Assembly (NCBI RefSeq): GCF_009914755.1
Contig: NC_060930.1
Length of the DNA: 64,000 nucleotides
Source: the human T2T-CHM13v2.0 reference genome, Homo sapiens
Strand: one strand, 5' to 3'
Shown here in pieces: positions 51,051 to 64,000 of this stretch (the first letter of the stretch is position 1; every line of letters starts with the position of its first letter). Below the pieces are notes generated by a model. It searched no databases and had not been told where the DNA came from. It saw only the letters and a program-made list of their open reading frames with translations. A program made the translations under genes and the position numbers.

Positions 51051-51967
51051 CTTTACTATGCCTGATACTGCCCTTTTTTGGCTCTCCTAACTTAAGGAAA
51101 GAAGTTGCAGTGGGAATTGTTTAATAATTTAGTGAGAGAGAGAGAATTTGGAAAGAACATAGAAACAGGGCATTTAATGGCTGGTAAGAAACATGGGAAT
51201 GAGAACAGTTTGCAAAATGGACACTATAAATAAGAAATAAGAAAGATTTCTGGACTGTCTCTTGAAATTGAATAAACTCAAATTCACATAGTGTCAGAAT
51301 TAACTTGATTTATTTTTCAGTGGAAAAATTAAAGAGTCAAAAATAAAGGAGCTTGGGTTTCTGCAGTACTGAATACTTTGGGATATATAAGAATAAAGAT
51401 TACTTATTTCAAACTGTTTAGTGACTACTCTTATTATAGTTGATTTAGAGACATAAACTGCTAAACAACACTTTAGGCAAAGCTTTTTATTCCAATTGCT
51501 AAATCTACCAAGCAAAAACATAGAAATCAGTCAAAAACTTAACTACGCCATAAGCCAAACTAGATCTTTTGAAGCCAAATAAACTTATTACTTTGTGCCC
51601 AGAATTATGCAAATATGTTTCCTATATTGATCTAATTAATCAGATGGACATATTCTCCAAATTAGGCGTAAGCACCTTACGTATACCCTGCATGTGACTA
51701 AAGATCATACTAATTGTTTTAGAGTATGGGAAGCAGTCTGAGGTCTGAGAGATCCCTGTTAAGTCAGGATGGGGTGACCATCACTGCCCAACCTTTATCA
51801 GGCGTCTAGGAAAGCAGCAAGAGTTCCCCAACCTTGTCTAGTACTTCAATACCTATACTGAACTCTGTAATAATTGCATTCAATGGACTTCCCTGGAAGC
51901 CTAACTTCTGTTTGTTGCTTTGTTCATGTGAAATGGTATATTGTGCATTTCTAGTAACTGATTCATC

Positions 51968-52033
51968 GATGGATAGATAGATTGATAGGTAGATAGATAG
52001 ATAGATACATAGATGAATAAATGAATAAACAAA
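51968..52033. repeat. (GATA)n-type tetranucleotide repeat
   Basis: Directly visible. Confidence 0.85.
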
Positions 52034-52552
52034 TAGGTCTTGGAACAAAATTTGTTTGTTAGTTGGCACCTTTCTGTGATTGCCAAATCTATCCTTTGCT
52101 TTGAGCTTTGTGAACAAAGCCATTAACAGACAATCACATTATGGTCCCCCTGGGACTGGAATAAGCAAATGCATTATTCTATCTCACTGTGGCTGAGGAA
52201 CCTTGATGCCAGACAGCGTATGGCTCAATAAATCTTGAAATAAGGTAATTTGTAGGAGGTTGAAATCTAAGGTTGATTTTCGATATTTTAAAAAACATAC
52301 TGAATTTTGAGCCATTATTCTCCCTGCAGGTGCAATTTTTTTTCCTTTAACATGAGCAAATAAAAATTTCTACAGTGTATTTTTTCCCGTTTTTAACACA
52401 TTAAAAAGAAATGTTGAGTAAGTCAGTGATAGCCATATTCTCTGGAAGAAAATGCATGCCTTCAGTGAGCATAGGTATTACATACCTGTGACTCACTGGA
52501 GCTAACTAAATGAGTCTTTCAAATTATATATATATATATATATATTTTTTTA

Positions 52553-52696
52553 CACAGAATTCTTTGTTCCTCTTCGCCAAATAGTTTATTAATGTGTTTC
52601 ACTTTGTATAATATCAAAATTCATCCAAAATTGTGATTTTTGCAAGGATCTTTTTCTGGGCCAAAATTGTAAAATGGCCATTTTCTATTGTCTAAA
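52553..52696 (-). repeat. Right arm of the 144-bp inverted duplication, embedded in TA-rich simple sequence
   Basis: Matches the left arm; preceded by (TA)n at 52525-52545 and followed by TA-rich DNA. Confidence 0.95.
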
Positions 52697-53717
52697 ACAT
52701 ATGTATATATGTATTTATATTTATATTTACATATATATAAAATTTCTATATATTCTTCAAGTTATACATATATTCCAAGTTCATATATAGATTACTTAAA
52801 TAATATCATATAAATACATCAAAGTATATATTTTTGTGGACATAAGATCTGGTTTTTATGGTAAACTTGGTTGAAGAATTGCTAAACCTCTGGCTAAACC
52901 ATGAGTTTTCTCTTTCATCTACGTGGTTGTAAATACCTATATTGAGCCCTTTCATCAAAAATAAGACAGCTGTAGTTTTTGTTTGTTTGTTTGTTTTGTA
53001 ACAGGCATTTTTAAGGAGCCATTTATGTCACTTATCCTCCTGAATTCTATATATGAGAAAGGTACATGAAGCATTGATTGACTATAGGGTAAAATCCCTT
53101 TTTCAGTAAGTCAATACTTTTTAAATATCTCCTGTTAGAGGCCAATACACCATTCTGGACTCTGTTATTTATATTCTCACACAGCAACAAATCAAACGCT
53201 TGGTTTTTATCATTTATTCATCATTCATTTTCTTATTCTAAATCAATGTTTATTAACACTAAAATATAGACGGGCATGTTAAAAAATTTACTCTCTCTCT
53301 ATACCAGATACATGCCAAGACTTGGAAGCTCAGAGATGTTCTTTTTAAGACAAGCAAAAATGTTGGCTACATTAAGTCAAAGAGAATGACATTATTGTAA
53401 ACCTTCACCTTTGATGAAGTGAGGGAGAATATAACCTGAGAAAGCTCAGTGTTGTTCTATGCTAGAATATTTTATGAAGATACTTTAGGATCTACTGTAT
53501 AATCTTGTATTTTTTTTAAGTCACAGTAAAAACAGAGTTAGAGATAGATTCTTCTGCTGTTCTAAATGTCCATAACCATTAGCCAAATACATGAAACTCA
53601 CCTGACCCTTCATGATAATGGCTCAAGATTCAATGTAAAGGTTACAGAGCACCCTATGTGATGCTACCTTTCAAGTATTGCCCAGATATTAATGTCTTTG
53701 GTTTAAAAGTAATGTTG

Positions 53718-56600
53718 ATTCCCAGGCAAGATGGCAGAACAGGAACAGCTCTGGTCGGCAGTTCCCAGCGAGACCAATGCAGAAGGTGGGTGTTTTCTGC
53801 ATTTCCCACTGACGTACCCGGTTCCTCTTACTTGGACTAGTTAGACAGTGGGTGCAGCCCACAGAGGGCCAGCAGAAGCAGGGTGGGGCATCACCTCACT
53901 TGCGAAGTGCATGAGGTCAGGGGACTCCCTCCTCTAGCCAAGGGAAGCCATAAGGGACTGTGACCTGAGGGATGGCATTATCCAGCTCAGATGCTATGCT
54001 TTTCCCACAGTCTTTGCAACCTGCAGACCAGGTGATTTGTTCTGGTGCCTACACCACCAGGGCCCTGGGTTTCAAGCACAAAACTGGGAGGCTGTTTGGG
54101 CAGACACCAAGCTAGCTGCAGGAGTCTTTTTTCCTACCCCAGTGGTGCCTGGAACAAAGGCAAGACAACTGCTCACTCCCCTGGAAAGGGAGCTAAAGTC
54201 AGGGAGCTGAGTGGTCTTGCTCAGCAGATCCCATCCCCACAGTGCCCAACAAGCTAAGATCCCTTGGCTTGAAATCCTCACTGCCAGCACAGCAGTCTGA
54301 TGTCAACCTGGGATGCTCAAGCTTGGTGCAGGGAGGGTCATCTGCCATTACTGAGGCTGCAGTAGGCAGTTTACACCTCAGAGTGTAAACAAACTGCCTG
54401 GAAATTTTAACTGGGTGAGAAACCCACTGGAGTGTGGCAAAGCCTCGGTAGCCAGACTGCCTCTCTAGATTCCTCCTCTCTGGGCAGGGCATCTTTGAAA
54501 TAAAGGCAGCAGCCCCAGTCAGGGGCTTATAGATAAAACTCTCATCTCCCTTGGACAGATCACCTGGCGAAAGGGGCAGCTGTGAGTGCAGCTTCAGCAG
54601 ATTTAAACGTTCCTGCCTGCCAGCTCTAAAAAGAACAGTGGATCTCCCAGCACAGCACTCAAGCTCTGCTAAGAGACAGACTGCCTACTCAAGTGGGTCC
54701 CTGACCCCCAAGCCTTCTGATGGGGAGAACCTCCCAGTAGGATTGACAGACACTTCATACAGGAGAGCTCTGGCTGCCATCTGGTGGGTACCACTCTGGG
54801 ATGAAGCTTCCAGAGGAAGGAGCAGGCAGCAGTCTTTGAAGTTCTGCAGCCTATGCTGGTGATACTCAGGCAAACAGAGTCTGGAGTGGACCTCCAGCAA
54901 ACTCCAGCAGACCTGCAGAAGAGGGGCCTGACAGTTAGAAAGAAAACTAACAAACAGAAATCAATAGCATCAAAATCAACAAAAAGGACACTCACACAGA
55001 AACTGCATCCAAAGGTCACCAACATCAAACATTTATCACCAAAGGTAGATAAATCCAAGAAGATGAAAAAAAAAAAAAAAAAGAACAAAAAGGCTGAAAA
55101 TTACAAAAACTAGAATGCCTCCTCTCCTCCAAAAAATCACAACTCTTCACCAGCAAGGGAAAAAACTGGATGGAGAATGAGCTTGACAAATTGACAGAAG
55201 TAGACTTCAGAAGGTGGATAACAACAAACTCTTCTGAGCTAAAGGAGCAAGTTCTAACCCAATGCAAGGAAGTTAAAACCTTGATAAAAGGTTACAGGAA
55301 CTGCTAACTGGTATAACCAGATTATAGAAGAATATAAATGAGCTGATGGAGCTGAAAAACACAGCACGAGAACTTTGTGAAGCATACACCAGTATCAATA
55401 GCCAAATCGATCCAGCAGAAGAAAAGATACTGGAGGCTGAAGATCAACTTAATGAAATAAAGCATGAAGACAAGATTAAAGTAAAATGAATGAAAAGGAA
55501 TGAAAAAAGCCTCCAAGAAATATGGAACTATGTGAAAAGACCAAACCTACATTTGATTAGTGTACCTTAAAGTAATGGGGAGAAGGGAACCAAGTTGGAA
55601 AACACACTTCAGGATATTATCCAGGAGAACTTCCCCAACCTAGCAAGACAGGCCACAGTTCAAAGTCAGGAAATACAGAGAATACCACAAAGATACTCCT
55701 TGAGAAGAGCAACCCCAAGACACATAATTATTAGATTCACAAAGGTTGAAATGAAGGAAAAAATGTGAAGGGCAGACAGAGAGAAAGGTCAGATTACCCA
55801 CAAAGTGAAGCCCATCAGACTAATAGTGGATCTCTCCGCAGAAACCCTACAAGCCAGAAGAGAGAGGGGGCCAATATTCAACATTCTTAAAAAAATATTT
55901 CAACCCAGAATTTCATATCTATCCAAGCTAAGCCTCATAAGTGAAGAAGAAATAAAATTTTTTTACAGACAAGCGAATGCTGAGAGATTTTGTCACCACC
56001 AGGCATGTGTTACAGAGCTCCTGAAGGAAACACTAAATATGGAAAGGAAAAATAGGTACCAGCCACTGCAAAAACATGCCAAAATGTAAAGACCATCAAC
56101 ACTATGAAGAAACTGCATCAACTAATATGCAAAATAACCAGCTAGTATTATAATGACAGGATCAAATTCACACATACAATATTAAAATTAAATGTAAATG
56201 GCTAAAAGCCCCAATTAAAAGACACAGACTGATAAATTGGATAAAGAGTCAAGACCCATTGATGTGCTGTATTCAGGAGACCCATCTTACATGCAAAGAC
56301 ACACATAAGCTCAAAATAAAGAGATGGAGGAATATTTTCTAGGCAAATAGAAATAAAAAAAAAAGTGGCTGAAATCCTAACCACTGATAAAACAGACTTT
56401 AAACCAAAAAACAAAAAACAAAAAAAAATCAAAAGAGACAAAGAAGGGCATTACATAATGGTAAAAGGATCCATGTAAAAGAAAGACCTAACTATCCTGA
56501 ATATATATGCACCCAATACAGGAGCACCCAGATTCATAAAGCAAGTTCTTAGAGACCTACAAAGAAACTTAGACCCCCATACAATAATAGTGGAAGACTT
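53718..56600 (+). mobile_element. Older L1PA (L1PA7/8-like) 5'UTR, ORF1 and start of ORF2; truncated
   Basis: caagatggcagaacaggaacagctc 5'UTR; ORF1 with stops and frameshifts; ORF2 endonuclease up to ...[32 protein letters not shown]. Confidence 0.9.
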
Positions 56601-57749
56601 AAACGTTATACCTAAAACCATAAAAACCCTAGAAGAAAACCTAGGCATTACCATTCAGGACATAGGCATGGGCAAGGACTTCATGTCTAAAACACCAAAA
56701 GCAATGGCAACAAAAGCCAAAATTGACAAATGGGATGTAATTAAACTAAAGAGCTTCTGCACAGCAAAAGAAACTACCATCAGAGTGAACAGGCAACCTA
56801 CAAAATGGGAGAAAATTTTCACAACCTACTCATCTGACAAAGGGCTAATATCCAGAATCTACAATAAACTCAAACAAATTTACAAGAAAAAAACAAACAA
56901 CCCCATCAAAAAGTGGGCGAAGGATATGAACAGACACTTCTCAAAAGAAGACATTTATGCAGCCAAAAAACACAGGAAAAAATGCTCACCGTCACTGGGC
57001 ATCAGAGAAATGGAAATCAAAACCACAATGAGATACCATCTCACACCAGTTAGAATGGCGATCATTAAAAAGTCAGGCAACAACAGGTGCTGGAGAGGAT
57101 GTGGAGAAATAAGAACACTTTTACACTGTTGGTGGGACTGTAAACTAGTTCAATCATCGTGGAAGTCAGTGTGGCGATTCCTCAGGGATCTAGAACTAGA
57201 AATACCATTTGACCCAGCCATCCCATTATTGGATATATACCCAAAGGATTATAAAACATGCTGCTATAAAGACACATGCACACGTATGTTTTTTGCGGCG
57301 CTATTCACAATAGCAAAGACTTGGAACCAACCCAAATGTCCAACAATGATAGACTGGATTAAGAAAATGTGGCACATATACACCATGGAATACTGTGCAG
57401 CCATAAAAAAGGATGAGTTCATGTCCTTTGTAGGGACACGGATGAAACTGGAAACCATCATTCTCAGTAAACTATCGCAAGGACAAAAAACCAAACACTG
57501 CATGTTCTCACTCACAGGTGGGAATTGAACAATGAGAACACATGGACACAAAAAGGGGAACATCACACGCTGGGGCCTGTTGTGGGGTGGGGGAAGGGGG
57601 GAGGGATAGCATTAGGAGATATACCTAATTTTAAATGACGAGTTAATGGGTGCAGCACACCAACATGGCACATGTATACATATGTAACAAACCTGCACAT
57701 TGTGCACATGTACCCTAAAACTTAAAGTATAATAATAATAATAATAAAA
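56595..57749 (+). mobile_element. Young L1PA (L1PA3/4-like) 3' end fused to the older L1
   Basis: Uninterrupted 312-aa ORF2 C-terminus (56590-57528), near-consensus 3'UTR and (AAT)n tail. Confidence 0.92.
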
Positions 57750-57962
57750 TGTGCTGCACCTACTTCTCTCTCTTCCTCCTTCTCTGGCCATGTAAGACAT
57801 GCCTGTCTCCCTTTGCCTTTGTACATGATTGTGCGTTTCCTAAGGCCTCCCTAGCCATGCTTGCTGTACAGCCTGCAGAACTGTGAGCCAATTGAACTTT
57901 TAAAAAAAAAATTATCCAGTTTCAGGTAGTTCTTTATAGCAGTGCAAGAATGGACTAATATA
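57750..57962 (+). mobile_element. 3' half only of an MST MaLR LTR
   Basis: Aligns to ~21693-21932 of the intact MST copy in this window; its 5' ~195 bp are absent. Confidence 0.85.
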
Positions 57963-58444
57963 GTTTGGCCTAGGATGGGCAACAGAGATGACATTTGTAC
58001 TGCACATGGAGCCTGAGGCACTCTGCTCTAGACTGTGCCACAGGCTAAGCCAGCTTCTACAAGTTCCTGCCCAAGGATCAGATCCTACTCAAGGACAGGT
58101 CTGGAGAAGAACTATGGTGGAGCAATGCCAATTCATGCACAAGAACAGTCATGGGCTTTATTTATATATTCTAGGGATTTGGAACATTTACTGCAATCAG
58201 CAAGAGAGTGTCACTACCACAATTCAGAAGAAAATCCTTAAGGAAGGTGCGACCCAGGAACAGTATGAATCTCCACTGCATATTTGTCACCAAATGACAA
58301 ATATGGATAGGCAATGGAAAAGAATAGCACTGGACTATAAATTTTCTTCTGTCCTACATAAAGAAAAACCTAGCAAAGGAGTATTAAAGAGGAGGGACAC
58401 TTCTGATTTATATTTATGAGTTTTCAGTCAGTCCACCAAATACT

Positions 58445-58765
58445 TTATTTTTTCTTTCCTTTTCTTTTTTTTCCTTCTTCTGAGGCAGGATCTTACTCTG
58501 TCACCCAGCCTGTAGTGCAGTGGCACAATCACGGCTCACTGCAGCCTCGACCTTCCAGGACTTATGTGAGCCTTCTGCCTCAGCCTCTTGAGTAGCTGGG
58601 AGTACAGGTGTATGCCACAATTCCTGGCTATTTTTGGTATATTTTTGTAGGTATGGGGTTTCACCATGTTGCCTAGGTTGGTTTTAAATTCCTGGGCTTG
58701 AGCAATCTGCCTGCCTCAGCCTTCTGAAGTACTGGGATTACAGGTGTGAGGCACCATACCCAACT
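58445..58765 (-). mobile_element. AluJ
   Basis: Diverged antisense Alu (cacggctcactgcagcctcgacc). Confidence 0.88.
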
Positions 58766-59226
58766 AAATTCTTTACTGTTTTAATGCAGTTGGACTCCTT
58801 CATATCACATCTAAGATAACATATTGTAGCACATCAGGTGAGGAAGTGTTTGCTTTAGGCCTCCACACAGAATCACAGTCATCTGCTAAAAAGATCCATT
58901 GCATGACCCCTACCTCTACCCTTGTCCCTTCAGTTTTTGTATCAGAGCCTCCTTTGTGTAAGTAGGTATTACAAGTCTCTCTCTTATGAATTTTCCATTC
59001 CCCATTCTCTTTGACCATCACTATGTTGAGTTAACTTGCACTGCTGTCAATAAACTGTCTCTGACAGTATCTCACTGGTTCCACTGGTCTTCCTGAATTT
59101 CCACTGAAAAGAATGAATTCTTTTTCCCTTATCACCTTGGCATCTCAGTCCTGTGAAGTCTCCTATCTCAATCATCTAGTCCTCTATCCTACCACAGACA
59201 TACACTCAAGTAATCGTATTTTATGT

Positions 59227-59390
59227 CAAGGTTGGGCAAAGTACAGCCCACTGGCCAAATCTGGCATGCAACCCGGTCACATTTAACATGGTAATGTTAG
59301 TACCCACATTATATTTTCAATTCTCCTTCTTGGCCCACAAAGTCTAAAATATTTATTACCTGGCTTTTTAAGTAAAAGTTGCTGACCCTA
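59227..59390. mobile_element. MER58-type hAT-Charlie fossil
   Basis: caaggttgggcaaagtacagcccactggccaaatctggc...tggcccacaaagtctaaaatattt...gttgctgacccta. Confidence 0.7.
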
Positions 59391-59834
59391 CTACAGATCC
59401 TCTAGTTCCTAATAAATATAGTTTTTCCACAGTTTTAATTTCAGAAAGTCATGCTGTGATTCACTACCTCCAAATTCAGGTTTATTTGCTCTAGAATTCT
59501 GATTTCCCAAATCCTCCCATTTCATTAAGACCATCAGTACACCGATGTTACTATTATATCAAAGTACCTCACTTACCTACTCCAAGTTACATGCTTAATA
59601 AGTATTTGTTGATTGAATGAATGGAGTGGGTTTCTTTACTCTGAGTCCAAAATTCCAGATTCCCTCAGGAGTCCTGTCATCTGAGTTCTGCCTCGCTAAG
59701 TCATTCACTAATGTGTATATTCTCATTGCTCCTTCCCTCACCCCACAGAAACATGCCTGTCCCTATTTGTTCTCCCCAGGTACTGCAATCTATGCCTAGA
59801 GTATAAACGCTAAAGAATAAGCCTATGCTACAAC

Positions 59835-60050
59835 TAGCAGCTCTCAATTTTTGAGTAACTATTATGCACTGGGTACTTTAAACATAATCTTATTTGATCT
59901 TCTCAATAACTACATGAGATAAGTACAATTCATATTTTAGAGATGAAGAAACTAGGCCTCAAGAGGTTAATTGCTCAATTTCTCAGAGCACGTGAGTCAG
60001 TGTTCCCTCTGAGACCTTTAGAGATCCAAATCCTATATTCTTTCCACTAT
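59835..60050 (-). mobile_element. MIR
   Basis: tttgatcttctcaataactacatgagataagtac...ttagagatgaagaaactaggcctc. Confidence 0.65.
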
Positions 60051-61391
60051 GCTGTGTGCTGTAAATGTCAAAGAATGACTCAAGGGATGAGCATATCAGT
60101 TAATAATGGGGATAGATTTAGAGAGGCCATGTTAAACTTGGAAAGGGGGTTACATATATTTAGGTAAAAGAGTTAAAAAGGTGATTCTCTGCCCCTGGAG
60201 TAATAGTTCCTAAAAAACTTACAGATTAGTAAGTAATTCAGCCTCACCCACCTGGCTTTTTTGTGCCACTGCCCAGGAGTTCTTTTAAACACAATAAATG
60301 GGCAGGCAACTTCATTTTTTCCAAATATTACTGTATATCAAGAATCTTGCTGTGTTCTATAACCTCATAATTTTCTAGCTGGAAAAGCATGATAGTTTGA
60401 TGAGAAGATCTTCCCACTGAACCACGGAGGGGCTACTTCTTGCTTTCTTCCAAAAATATAGAGGATTTGGCTTACAAAAAATGTCACTTAATATGATAAT
60501 TCAGCTGAGGTTAAACTTATTTTTAATTAATGATTCAATACATTTTCTTGCCCTCCCCTACTCAAGAGCAATTAACATAGCTCTTTCTTCTTCTAGCCTA
60601 AAGTTTTCTAATAGGGCTAACCACTTCTAACAAAGAAATTCATATCTGAAAGAAAGAAGGCTATTTTGGTGTGTAGTTCAAAAACTATTGAGCATGACCT
60701 ATAAAAGTTATTATTCATATTACTGCTCTTTCTAAGAGTCTATCTTTTTTTAAGGCTCTCTCTACTTTTCAATGCTCTGACAGCAATCTGTCATGCCTCA
60801 ACCCTCTTTAAGAGTTTCTAAATTCTCTGTAAATACCATATGCATCCTGTGACACTGACATTCTCCTGCTTTCTTGATCTTTGCCATGCCCAGTTAGATA
60901 TTTAGATTCATTGACCCAGCATCCTCACTGAGCTTCACCTGACATCTATTTCTTTGTAGCTTTAAATCGAATAGCCAAATAGTAATATATAATTTTGAAA
61001 CAAATTTTTTTCCATGTGTCCACTTCCTCAAGACATTCTTATTCAAGCCAACTTTCCCTTTTAAAATTAGAGCAACAATCTCTTCACAAACATGTAAGAT
61101 ACGCTCTGCAGGTGGGAGTCAGAAGAAATGAGAATGTTCTTAAAGAATCCCTTCTATTTTCTCATCCAATATTACCTGCTCTGACCTATAGCTGAGTGAT
61201 GGAAATTAGAAATGATTAGCAAGTGGAGATTTGTTAGATTAGATAAGGATACCTAGAAAACTATGAATATGAAATGCTTTTTTTCTTCCACTGCAGTTCA
61301 TTTAAATACAAATACAGTCGTTATCATCTTCGAGGATTGTGTATTTATTAGTAATGTAAAAGAAATGCATAACATTTTATGTCTGAGTCTT

Positions 61392-64000
<2,609 letters not shown>

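Noticed and set aside
50907-52696. Inverted arms as terminal inverted repeats of a novel DNA transposon
   Set aside because: No TSD, no transposase remnant in the spacer, and ragged outer ends. A local inverted duplication is more parsimonious.
56595-56604. Chimeric L1 junction as a spliced L1 retrocopy
   Set aside because: The junction lies in a direct microhomology rather than at GT-AG boundaries, and the two halves differ in age.
57846-57858. CCTCCCTAGCCAT in the half MST LTR as a PRDM9 site
   Set aside because: It has the 7-mer core but mismatches the last base of the 13-mer and is not on a THE1A/B background.
57988-58419. 143-aa ATG ORF just downstream of the half MST LTR
   Set aside because: No recognisable protein family, and the LTR lacks its 5' promoter half. 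Not supportable without expression data.

Overview
AT-rich, gene-poor primate genomic DNA, most likely human because it carries a near-pristine AluYa5. It is dominated by interspersed repeats: L1 of several ages, Alu, MaLR/ERV LTRs, DNA-transposon fossils, MIR and L2. I found no host protein-coding gene, RNA gene or CRISPR-like system. The long ORFs I can assign derive from L1, Alu or THE1; the rest are unrecognisable. The interesting content is structural. (1) A chimeric L1 at 53.7-57.7 kb: an older 5' half is fused in frame through a microhomology to a young 3' half whose tail lands in the middle of a half MST LTR, which is the signature of a retrotransposition-mediated deletion. (2) A young L1 at 43.9-45.2 kb with a twin-priming 5' inversion, a 27-bp 3' transduction, two poly(A) tracts and a perfect TSD. 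(3) A 144-bp, ~96.5%-identical inverted duplication of apparently unique DNA flanking 1.5 kb (50.9-52.7 kb). (4) A full THE1B provirus with a PRDM9 13-mer in its 3' LTR. (5) Two solo ERV1 LTRs inserted 31 bp apart. Repeat subfamily names are from recalled consensus sequences and boundaries of old repeats are approximate.
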